A model generated the notes under the pieces. That model was not told the origin of the DNA. It worked only from the letters and a program-made list of their open reading frames with translations, and did not search any database. Position numbers and translations under genes: made by a program. A stretch of 64,000 nucleotides of DNA from Rebecca billardiae RCC1528. Its lineage: Eukaryota > Protista > Haptophyta. Below, in pieces: positions 45,169 through 55,400 of the stretch (within the stretch, counting starts at the first letter, position 1; every line of letters begins with the position of its first letter). The stretch lies in contig OZ251226.1 of assembly GCA_965240325.2 (NCBI GenBank), positions 1,674,001 to 1,738,000 on the forward strand, in the 5' to 3' direction.

Positions 45169-46804
45169 TGGCCCGCGGTGCAGGGCCGTGAGGGCGGAGC
45201 GCGCAGCGTGGAGCCCGCTCCGTGGGCCCTAACCACGTTTCAAAAAGATCTTTGATCAAGAAAAAAGGGACGGGGGACGATTTTCATGGCTGGAGGAGAC
45301 CGAGTTTCGAATTTTGAGACCCTCTCTAACACGCATCACGGCCGAAAAAGGTCGCGCCCACTGTAGTAAAGCGTGCGTATGGAGTGACGCCCGTCCAAAA
45401 AACTTCACGCCCTTTAGGATCCCTAACGTAACGAACCGTTACAAGCGATTTTTCCCGGCCAATGAGATTGCAGCAAGGTCCAATGAGCGATGACGTATCT
45501 AGATAGAGATTGCCGCGAACCGATGTGACCATGTACGTCCCTTGAATCAGTTGAATCAACTATTCAATCGCGCCGTGTCTGTATCAGGAGCCAACAGGGC
45601 AAGGGTCAGTAGCCGATGCGCCAACTTCGGCGTATCTCAATACGATCTGACACGAGTCTGGACCGGACGGCTGCCCAGCAAAGCCAAACCTTGGTTGCTG
45701 CGCACTCTCCGCGAGAGCCGCCGGGGCGAGCCGCACGAGCGACCGACGGGTGAGGACGGCGATGGGCAGGTGCGCGCGGCGAGTTGCGCCTGGAGCGCGC
45801 GGCTGTGGCGGGTCCCGACTGCCGTCGACATCGCGTTCGTGCCCCCGCTCACTCCGCGCGCCCCCGCCGCCCCGTGTCGATGCCTGCGCGCGGCCGCGCG
45901 CGTCGCCCGGGGCGCCCCGGCCGCGCCGCGGCAGCCGCCCTGTATTCGGGCTCTCGCAAGCTCGGGGGCAGCGGCGCCTGAGACCGGACTGATCGATCTC
46001 TGAGTCTTCGACTTCACCACGCGCCGCCCTTGCCATGCCTTTCCGGGGAGCGCCGACGATCCGAGTCCATCGTCGACGGTCGACTCTGAGCGAGGGCTAC
46101 GCCTCGGAACTGAACGGTACTCTACGAGGAGGACGAGCTGCGCGGGCGACGGTGGTGCGTGCCGTCCCCAGAGCTGGCTGTGCCTCTGCAACGCGTGCCG
46201 AGCCTGATCGAGGTGTGTCAGCCCGTGCACGCGCGGCGTGCGCGAACGATCCGTGACTGCGGTGCCCTCGAACCTCGGCACTGCGTGCTCCCTCGGGCTG
46301 TCAGCTCCGCGTGGCCTGGCGTGCACGTAGAGTTGCGCTCATGCGTCGATCACGCCTCGCGCCCGCCTGTCGGCCGTCGCGCAGGCGCTGGTCGAACCCT
46401 ACTCGGACCAGTGCAAATCCGATCTAACTATCCTGGCGCTGCCGGTGCGCGGTGACCCGGGACAGCGGTCAGTCAGCAGCAGCGGCCCGAACGAATCCGC
46501 GGCCCCGCACCGTGCTCCCTGGCTGTCAGCTTCGCGTGGCCTGGCGTGCACGTGGAGTCGCGCTCATGCGTCGATCACGCCTCGTCGCATCCGCCTGTAC
46601 ACAATCGGCGCCGCGCCGGCGGCTGCGAAGAGTGTGATGGGCCCGCCCGGCCGCGGCGCGGCGGGCGGCGGCGCGCCGCTGGAGTCTAGTTGTACGGGCA
46701 TGCAACTCCGGGTCTGTCAATAGACGACTGCGACGGAGGGTGCACCGCCACCGCGGGCCCTGAACTACGTTCGTTCTACGGAAAAGGACCGCGGAACGCG
46801 GTCA
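45169..46804 (+). mobile_element. Non-autonomous DNA element copy 2 (end A 45169, end B 46804), TTA target duplication
   Basis: TTA|TGGCCCGCGGTGCAG ... GGAACGCGGTCA|TTA; interior has an intron-like segment (45770-45934) and a ~75-bp direct repeat (46284-46358 / 46512-46584). Confidence 0.65.
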
Positions 46805-46811
46805 TTAATAA

Positions 46812-48926
46812 TGACCGCGTTCCGCGGTCCTTTTCCGTAGAACCAACGCAGTTGGGGGCCCGCGGCGCAGTGGTTGAGAATGAGACCGTGACGTCGTCAA
46901 TCCGCACGGTCTGGCGTCTGCCTGGCAGTCAGACAGGCCGAGCCGCACCGTCTCGGAGAGTGAGTGAGAGTCAGACCCGTCCGTCGGACTCGCGGCGCGT
47001 GAATGGGCGCGCCGACGGCCAAGGGTGGCACGGGACACCAGCGGACGGGCCGCGCGGGGAAGCGGGGCGGCGCGCGCGCAGGGCGAGAGGCGCGGACGGG
47101 CCGCGCGGGGAAGCGGGGCGGCGCGCGTGCAGGGCGAGAGGCGCCGCGCGGCGCGGGCCGGCGCGTGCGCGCGCGCGCGCGCACCTGCTAGAGGTGCTCG
47201 CGCTGCGCCATGCGCTCGACGAAGGGCCGCTGGTCGCTCAGCCGGCGCGCCTCGGGCCGGCATAGCGAGAGCGCGCGCCACTGCTGCCCGCCCACGCTGC
47301 GCAGCCACGCGCAGACCGAGCGGAGCTCGGGGTGGGACGAAGCGAGTGGCGTGTCGCGCCCGCCGCCAGGCGCACGCGTGCCCTGCTCCGCACCGCGCCG
47401 CCGTGCTCGCCCGCCGCCTGCTCCGCCGCGTCGGCCTCGAGGATGGCGGCGGCCAGCGGCAGGCTGAGCGGCGCGCGCTCGCCCACCGTAGCTTCGAGGG
47501 CCGTCCACACCTGCTCGAGCTGCTGCAGGGCGTGGACAAGGGCAGCGCGCGCGCCCAGCGCATCCGTGCCGCGTGACGCAGCGCGTCGAGCTCGGCGTCT
47601 CGCTTCGCCAGCTCGGCGCCCAGCGCCTCTGCGCGCACGCGTCGAGCTCGGCGTCGCGCTTTGCCAGCTCGGCGCCCAGCGCCTTCACGCGCACGTGCTC
47701 GTGTATCTGCGCGCGCACGGCCTGCGCGCCGCCGCCCATCTGCGCGCGCAGACTCGGACTCGTCGCGGCTGGCTGCTAGGGAGTGCTAGGGTGCGCGCCG
47801 CGTAGTCGATGGCCAAGGCCTGCAGCCAGCGCGCCTGCACCGAGAAAAGAAGGCGCGGCACGCGCGCTATAACCCAGTCCACGCAGACACGCGAGCGCGT
47901 GCTGGAGCGGCGCGCCGGGGCAACCGTCCACGTCGGCCGCGCGGGAGCCGCAGGTACTCTCGCGTGCCTGCGCGACGCAGCGCGCACGCACAGCGAAACG
48001 GGCGCGGGGTAGAATTCAGGAGAGCGCCGCCGCCCGCGCACCACCCCACCGAGAGTGCGCACATGCGCACGCCACGACATGGCACGACATGGCGCACGAG
48101 TCGGACGCAACGCCCGACAGACAGAAGCCTTCGAAAATCCGCGCGCGCCCGCAAACGCGGCCGCGCGCGCGGGCGGGCGCGCGGGCGGGCGTGCGCCACC
48201 CGCGCGGGAGGCGCCCGCGGCCGCGCGGGCGGCGCGCGCGCGGCGCGCGCTCCGCGCGGTCGTCCACACCGATGGCGGTCGATCGAGGGCGACGAGGGCT
48301 CGCCCCGTTTTGGAGCGAGCGCGTGCCGCGCGCCCCCTGGCCCCCAACTGGGTATGATAATACCCACAATTACCCAAAATGACCTTATGCCCCCAACACC
48401 GTTAGCGAGCCAATGTACTGATATGATAGACTGAACGAGAGTACCCACAATTACCCAATATACTCCAGTAGTGAATACGACCCCGACGAAGCCAATATAT
48501 ATCGGTTGGTTACTTCACTGATCCCGTAAGGACGTGCAAAAATAGCCTCAAAGAAGTGGTGGTTGGTTGGGGGCTGGCCAGGGTAGGGCTGGAGGCTTCG
48601 GCCGCCAGTCTGATCACCCGGAGCCCGTTATAAAGGGGAATTTAGGAGAAGCTGACGCTTGTATTGGACTTGTAACCGTCCTACTTCACACAGAAGTGAA
48701 CTCTCACGCCCGGCCGTCCACGATTGATTAGGGGAATGTCGTGGACGCGGTTTTTTTCTCCGTGATGCATCTGTAGAGAGGGTCTCAAAATTCGAAACTC
48801 GGTCTCCGCCAGCCCTAAAAATCGGCCCCCGCGTCCCTTTTTCTTGATCAAAGATCTTTTTGAAACGTGGTTCCGGCCCGCTGGTGCGGGCTCCACGCTG
48901 CGCGCTCCGCCCTGCACCGCGGGCCA
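46812..48926 (-). mobile_element. Non-autonomous DNA element copy 3 (end B 46812, end A 48926), TAA target duplication
   Basis: TAA|TGACCGCGTTCCGCGG ... GCACCGCGGGCCA|TAA; interior carries degenerate coding/intron-like sequence. Confidence 0.65.
47040..47760 (-). pseudogene. Degenerate coiled-coil gene fragment with intron-like sequence inside element copy 3
   Basis: Duplicated ALGAELAKRDAELDA, then LEQVWTALEATVGERAPLSLPLAAAILEADAAE and RPFVERMAQREHL*Q|GT spread over three frames; GC-rich intron-like stretch with a 51-bp tandem repeat. Confidence 0.45.
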
Positions 48927-49363
48927 TAATATATATACGGCGCGGGGCGGGAGAATCTCTCATACAAACTACGTACGCAATCAACCCGCCGTAACAAGGG
49001 GGGTGAATGCCATTCATACAGTACATAATAGCAGCAGGCTCATTTCCCCCTGCTAAAGCCCCTCACCTGCCTGCGCCGGTCTGTTTTGTGGCGGTGTCTT
49101 TGTGCAGTGTTGGATGGCGTCAATCACGCCTTAACCAAGTGTGCACGTTAAAACATAGTAAACTGTACAAAATCCCCATCACCATCACGCGCGCCATTAT
49201 TTTTTGGATTTTGCGGTGCACGTAGTGCGCCGCCCCCCCCGGCTTTCGCTCACGCTCAGACCTTTCGGGGGGGCCGTGCGCCATAAATGACGGCTCAGCA
49301 CGGTCTCTGGCCACGCTCACGGCCGGCGGAGCTGCGGGTCGCAATCGTCGTCCTCGACGTGCA

Positions 49364-52099
49364 TCACGCGTCGGTTAGCATCGCCTCGAGCAGATCCCGC
49401 ACGTACTCGAGCCGCTCGGCCGCCTGCTGCGTGCGTAGCATCTTGTCGATCATCGGCAGCGGGAGCGCGGCGCGGTGCCGCGAGCCGTCGAGCGCGGCAT
49501 TGCACGCTTCCATGTGCTCGACCCACGCGGCGCACAGCGCAAAGCTCGCCGTGAGCGGGTCGTCGAGGTGCGCCTCGACGCTGGCGAGCGACGAGGCGAG
49601 CAGATGCCCCAAGCCGCCGCCGAGCTCGTCCGAGTCGTCCGCGGCGTCTGCGTGCACGCCGTCGGCGCGCACCCGGCGGAAGCCTATCGGCGCGGCGTGC
49701 TGCTGCAGCGGGTCCGAGCGTAGGAGCTCGACGAGCGCGTCGAGCTCTGCGCGCGCACGCGCGAGCGCCGTCTCGTCCGTCGCGTCTACAAATGTATGCG
49801 CCGGCACGAGGCACAGACCGAAGCCGAGAGGCACCGCCACCTTTGGGCCGGCGACAAAGCGCTCTGTGCCCCGCAGCGTGACCAAGCACCCGGCGGCGTC
49901 CATGTGCGCGCGCACCACGCGGCCGAGGACGCCCGGCGTGCCGTGCTGACGGGGTAGCACGCCCACGCTCGCGCCTGTCGCCGCGCAGTAGCGCGCCAAG
50001 AGCCTCTCGTGAGGTAGCGTGAGCGTGTACGTGCGCTCGGCCCCCGGGAGCAGCGGCGGGCGCATGAGGCTGACCGCGAGAAGGGCCACCGCCTCGGGCA
50101 GCAACGAGCCGTTCAGCTCGATGCCCTTGGCGCCGTGGACAGCGTGCCAGTCGCCCGCGTCAGGCGCGCGCACGCCCGCGAGCGCGCGCGGCAGGTACGC
50201 CTCCGCCTGCGCCAATGTTCGGCGCACGCGCGCGGGCAGCGGGCTCGCTGCGAGCTCGGCGCGCGGCTCGTCCCCACCGCCTCCGCCGCCGCCCACGCCG
50301 GCCTTGTCCGGCATCAGCGCGGCGAAGTCGGCGGCGCACGCATACATGACACTGGGCGGTACTCCCGGACTTTTGGCGGAGGGCTCCGTGGCTCCAGGAC
50401 TGTCGGTGGCAGCGGGCGCGCGCGGGCGGAGGAGCGCGAGCGCGGCGCCGCTCCGGTGCACGTGCGAGCGCTGCGCGCCCGCGCCGATCGGCGCGATCGG
50501 CGCCGACGCGTGCATCACGACGAGCGGCAGCGGCGGCAGCGGCGCGCCGCTGCAGTCGTCGTCGGCGTCGGCCGCGGCGGGGTCAGCGCTGCTGCGCACA
50601 GGTGCGCCGCGCGCCGCGTTCGCAGCTAGCGTGACTGTGGCTGCATCGATGCCGGGCACGCCAAAGTTCGGCCCGCCGCGCTCGCCCACCTCGTGCGGGG
50701 CCACGCGGTCGAGCGCGCCGAAAAGCAGCGCGCCGCACGCGTTGCGCAGCGCAGGTGCCGCGTGCGCAAGTGCGAACGATGCATCGGCCATCGCGAACCC
50801 AGGCGAGGATGCGCACAGCGCGATGCGCACGCCCGAGACACACACGCCCTCCGAATCGGGCGCGACGAGCGCGCCTTGCGCACGCTCGCCCCCGCCCTCC
50901 GCGCGCTGCTGCGCGTCCGCGCCGCCACTGCCAAGGCCCTTGCCGTCGTCAGTGTCGGCGGCGTCGTCGTCGGCTGCGTCGGCGAGGCTGCCCATGCTGT
51001 CTATCGACGGCGGTGGGCGTGTGCCGATGAGACACAGGGGCACCCAAGGCAGGCGGTTGGCTTCGTCTTCTGGCCCATCCCACCCCTTCCTACTCGCGTG
51101 CCCACCCGCCCACGCCGCCATATCTTCCTGCGCGCGCGGCGGCAGCTGCGCGCCCCAGCGCGCTCGGCGCAGATCCAGGTGCCCGCTCTGCACCACTGCC
51201 AGCTGCTCAAACTCGAGCTCGCCCTCGCTGCCGAGGTGTGTGAGGCGGACGGAGCGCGGCGCACCGCTCGAGCCGCCGCCGCCAAAACTGAAGCGCGCCT
51301 CGCTCACCATTTGCGGCGCGGGGTGCAGCCCGCCGCCCAATAGCACCGTGTCGACAGTTACATCTCCAGAGAGGGCCACACCGACCAGGCCGTGCGACAG
51401 CACGCGCCCAGCGCCAAACACGTGCGCGGTGTGTGCGGCGTGCGCGAGGGGCTCGGCATCGAGCCCGCCGCCGAGCGCGTGCACCGCTCGCCCCTCCGCG
51501 TACGCCACCGCGCCCAGCTTGGGCGACTCGGGGAAGAGCACGTCGAGCGAGCGGAGCAGCGGCGCCGTGTCGAAGCACGGGCTGCCGAACAAGAAGAAGG
51601 ATGGAGGAGAGGAGCCGGGCCCTTGGAGCCGCTCGTGCATGCGCGAGAGCGGCGGGAGCTCAGCGTGCGAGAGGGCGAAGAGCTCCACCTCCACGCGCGG
51701 GAGCCACGCCGCGCACACCGAGAGCGCGCGTTCGGCTGTGCCCTCGGCCGCGGCCGCGCCCCATGCGTCTGCTGTGGCCTGCGAGAGCGCGCCCGCGGAG
51801 CAGCCGAGCGTGATGGCGGGGAGGCGCGCGTCGTGCGCGGCAAGGCGCTCGAGCACGTCGCCCGGCGCGTGCCCACGCGTCCACACGAACAGCAAGTCGG
51901 CGCCCGCCGCGCCCGCCTCGGCGACGCACGCGTCGATGGCGGCGGCCGTGGACTCGGCCGACGAGAGCGCGCTCGCCATGCGCAGCTCGGCGGGCGGCGC
52001 GGGCGCGACGGCGGTCGAGCTGAGCGCCCGGCGGCAGCCACGCGCTAGCCCGCTCCGAGCGGGCGCGCGCGCCCACCGGCGGGCGACGAGCCTAATCAT
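49364..52099 (-). CDS. FIST-domain protein fused to LON N-terminal (substrate-binding) domain, predicted mitochondrial presequence
   Basis: MIRLVARRWAR...CRRALSS presequence-like. FIST-like: ADLLFVW, LGCSAG, ALSVCAAWLP, FFLFGSP..LLRSLDVLFP, GLVGVALSG, GALLFG. LON-N-like: PLLPGAERTYTLTLPHERLLARYC, GCLVTLRGTERF, MLRTQQAAERLEYV. Confidence 0.7.
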   Translation of the reverse strand: MIRLVARRWARAPARSGLARGCRRALSSTAVAPAPPAELRMASALSSAESTAAAIDACVAEAGAAGADLLFVWTRGHAPGDVLERLAAHDARLPAITLGCSAGALSQATADAWGAAAAEGTAERALSVCAAWLPRVEVELFALSHAELPPLSRMHERLQGPGSSPPSFFLFGSPCFDTAPLLRSLDVLFPESPKLGAVAYAEGRAVHALGGGLDAEPLAHAAHTAHVFGAGRVLSHGLVGVALSGDVTVDTVLLGGGLHPAPQMVSEARFSFGGGGSSGAPRSVRLTHLGSEGELEFEQLAVVQSGHLDLRRARWGAQLPPRAQEDMAAWAGGHASRKGWDGPEDEANRLPWVPLCLIGTRPPPSIDSMGSLADAADDDAADTDDGKGLGSGGADAQQRAEGGGERAQGALVAPDSEGVCVSGVRIALCASSPGFAMADASFALAHAAPALRNACGALLFGALDRVAPHEVGERGGPNFGVPGIDAATVTLAANAARGAPVRSSADPAAADADDDCSGAPLPPLPLVVMHASAPIAPIGAGAQRSHVHRSGAALALLRPRAPAATDSPGATEPSAKSPGVPPSVMYACAADFAALMPDKAGVGGGGGGGDEPRAELAASPLPARVRRTLAQAEAYLPRALAGVRAPDAGDWHAVHGAKGIELNGSLLPEAVALLAVSLMRPPLLPGAERTYTLTLPHERLLARYCAATGASVGVLPRQHGTPGVLGRVVRAHMDAAGCLVTLRGTERFVAGPKVAVPLGFGLCLVPAHTFVDATDETALARARAELDALVELLRSDPLQQHAAPIGFRRVRADGVHADAADDSDELGGGLGHLLASSLASVEAHLDDPLTASFALCAAWVEHMEACNAALDGSRHRAALPLPMIDKMLRTQQAAERLEYVRDLLEAMLTDA

Positions 52100-52405
52100 C
52101 AACTACCGCGCGTGCTGCTGTCTCCCGGTGGACGCGCGCGTCGGAGCGTGGTTGCCCGCGTCGGAGGCAGCGCACTGAGCTGAGAGCGGCGCCGTCGCGC
52201 CGGGCCGCCGACCCACCCGGCGATGAGTGTCGACGATTATTTTCTCGATTATGCGGGCCCGGACCCGGACCCGGACTCTCCACTCCGGAGGGCCCGTGTA
52301 CCAACCCGCGAGCGCGAACCACGATGGCGGCGCATCCAACCATACGCTAGGGGAGCCTGCGCCGCCATGATCTAGCTGCCGCCCGTCATCATCAGCGTGT
52401 CATCG

Positions 52406-55400
52406 TCAAGTACGCGCAGCGTCCCACGCGACGCGACGGAACGGCCCGCCCGTACGGCCCGCGAGCGGATGCACCGACCACGAAGGCGGCTGCGCGGCCG
52501 CTCTGGCGGCGGCTCGCGACAGCCGTGCGCGCGGCGGCGACTGCTCGTAATCAGCAGAGGCGGACGACGACGAGACCAGAGCCGAATCGTCGAATGACGG
52601 TGGCCCTGGCGGCCAGTGCCGATCATGATGGCTGCTGCGCCTCCACGCCCCGCCCTGCCCCCTCGGCTCGTCGTCGTCCGCCGGCGGCGGCGGCTCCTCC
52701 GGCCGCGGCAGCGGGCGCAGCCCGGGCGTGGGGATGGCTGCGGGCTGCGGCGGGAAGAACGCACGGCTCGGGCTGGCAGCGCGCAAGCGCCGGCCTTCGG
52801 GCGACCCCGCGCGTGCCGCTGGCGTACTGCTCGGCGCGAGCGTGCTGCGTGGCGCGCTCTGTGCCCGCGGCGGCGAGGCAGGCGGCCGCGGCGGCGGCGG
52901 AGCGGCGGCCGCCGCCCGCGCGCCGAGCGCGGCCCGCCTCCGGCCTCGCTCGGCGTCGAGCGCCCGCTGCGCGGCGCCCAGCTGCGCGCGCGCCCTCGCC
53001 AGCTCGGCCGCCGTGCGCGCCTGCGCCGCGCGTAGCTGCTCGAGCTCGTCAGCAAGCGCGTGCGGCGGCGCGCGCGCGCGGGCGAGCTCCGATCGGGCCG
53101 CGGCCGCCTCGGCCTCGGCGCGGTCGAGCTCGCCCTCGAGCTCGCGACGCTCGGCGCCGGCGCGCAGCTCGCGCGAGAGCGCGAGGGCGGCGCTCTTCCG
53201 CTCGCGCGACGCCAGCGCCGCCTCCGCGGCCACCGCTCGCTGCGCGGCGGCCGCCGCGTCCTCGCGCGCGCGCGCCGTCGCCGCGGCCGCCGCGGCCGCC
53301 TCCCTCTCCGTGCGCGCGCGCGCCGCATCTGCCTTGGCCGCGAGCGCGCGCGCGCGGTCGGCCTGCGAGCGCGCGGCGGCGGCCTCGGAGTGCGCACGCG
53401 CCGCGAGCGCGGCGTGCTGCTCGGCTACGCGCGCACCGGCGTCGGCCGCGCCGGGCGACCTCGGCGGCTCGGCGGCGGCGTGGCCGGCGCGCGCGCTCGG
53501 GTCGGCGCGCGCGGCGCGCGCCGCGCGCGCCGCGCGCTCGTGCGTCGCCGCGCGGCTGCGGTGGCGCTGCGCATCCGCACGCGCCTCGGCGAGCTGCTCG
53601 GTGAGGGAGGCGAGCTGCGCCTCGAGCAGCGCGCGCGGTAGCGGGCCGTCGGCCGAGTCCGCCTCGCTCCCATCGGCCTCCGCCCCACCGTCGTGCCCGC
53701 GTCTCGCAACGGCGTCGGCATCGGCGGCCGCGGCGGCGGCCGCGAGCGCGGCGCGCGCCGCCGACGCGTCGGCTGTCGCCTTTGCCGCCGCCCTACCGAG
53801 CGCGGTGCGGCGGGCGCGCTCCGAGTCGAGCGAGCGCTCGAGCAGGGCGACGCGGCGCGCCGCGTCGGCGCTCTCTCGCACCGCCTCGTCGCGCTCCGCG
53901 CGCGCGCTCGCCGCCGCCGCCGAGATCACCGCAGGCGCCTTGGCTGCGCGCGCCGCGCGCACGGCCGCGGCATCCGAGGCGGCACGCGCGACCGCGGCCG
54001 AGCGCGTGCCGGCAAGGGCGGCGAGCGCCTCGGCGGCGCGGGCGGCCTCCGCCGCTGCGGCCCAGCGAAGGAGCGCGCGGCTTGCGGAGAGCGCGGCGCT
54101 GCGCTCGAGCGCGCCGCCGATCAGCGCCGCGCCCGCCGCGTGCGAGCCGCGCGCGCGCGCGTCAGCCACTGCAACACGAACGTCTACGGCCGTGGCGGCG
54201 CGCTCGGCGACTGCGCGCGCGCGCGCAGCCGCGGCGTCTGCGCGGCCGGCGCGGTCGACGGCGCGCGCCCAGGTGCGCAGCGCGTGCGCGGCGGCGGCGC
54301 GCGGGCCTCGATCGGCGTCGAGCCGAGCAAGCACGCCGCCGAGCCGCCGCGCGCGCGCCGCACCCGCCGCCTCGATCGCCGCCGCCGCTCGCGCCCAGCT
54401 CAGCAGAGCGCGCGCCGCCGCGGCGCGCCGCGCCGCGCGCGCCTCGCGCACACGCAGAACACGCAGCGCGCACGCGGCGCCGCGCGGCGTGCGCGGGCGT
54501 GGCGGCGGCGGCGGGGCCGGCGGCGGCGGGTGCGCGGCGGTCGCCTCCGCCACCGCCGCCGCCGCCGCCTGCCGCGCGCCCTCCGCGTCGGCGCGCGCCG
54601 CGCTCAGCTGCTGCGTCAGCGAGCGCGCGTGCGCCGACGCCGCCTCGCGCCGCGCCGCCTCTGCCGCGGTGCGCGCGCGCTCGGCCGTGAGATGGCGCTC
54701 GGCGTCGGCGGCGCGCGCGCGCGCCTCTTCGGCCTCGGCGAGCGCACGGCGGGACTCCGCCTCGAGCGCGAGCGGCCGCGCCCCGAGCGCCACGCGCGCG
54801 CGCCGCAGCTCAGCGCTGGCGGCCGCGGCGCGCGCGGCCGTCTCGCCGCTGCCCATCGCGGCCGCGGCCTGCCGCCACGCGCCGAGCGCGCCGCCGAGCG
54901 CGGCGGCGTGCGCGCCCGCCGCCACGGCGCGGAGGCGCGCGGCCGCGAGCTGCGCGGGGAGTGCCGAGCGCACGAGCACGGCGTAGTGCCACCGGACCAG
55001 CGCCGCGCCGAGCTGTGCGCGCGCCGCGCCCGCCGCCGCGCGCCGCACCGCCGCCGCGCCCGCCGCCACGCGCCGTGCCAGCGCGCTCACGGCTGCGGCG
55101 GCGTGCGCCCAGCCACGGAGCGCGCGCGCGGCGCACAGCTCGTCATGCGCGGCAAGCCAGCGGCGCAGCGCGGCCACGCGCAGCTGCCGCCGCTGCGCGA
55201 GCGCGTGCGCGTGCGGCCAGCGCGCCGCTTCCGAGACCACGGGCGTCGGCCGCGTGTGCTCATCGCGGGCGCGCGCCGCCTCGCCGCGCGGTGCGCCGGC
55301 GGCAGCAGCGGCAGCGTCGGGCGGCGCAGGCGCGCGGTGCGCGGCGCGCAGAGCGGGCTCGGCGGATCGGGAGCGGCGGAGGCCAGTGGCTCCGCGGGCT

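Noticed and set aside
42746-45259. 837-aa ORF as a functional chimeric gene
   Set aside because: Starts at a TTG inside the element end and is out of frame with the parent until the ~44663 indel; best read as a pseudogene copy
42470-48460. Short direct repeats (CCCCCTCTGGAGGCGGG x2 near 42483 and 42521; TACCCACAATTACCCAA x2 at 48361 and 48442) as CRISPR-like arrays
   Set aside because: Only two units each, no spacer series, no cas genes, eukaryotic context
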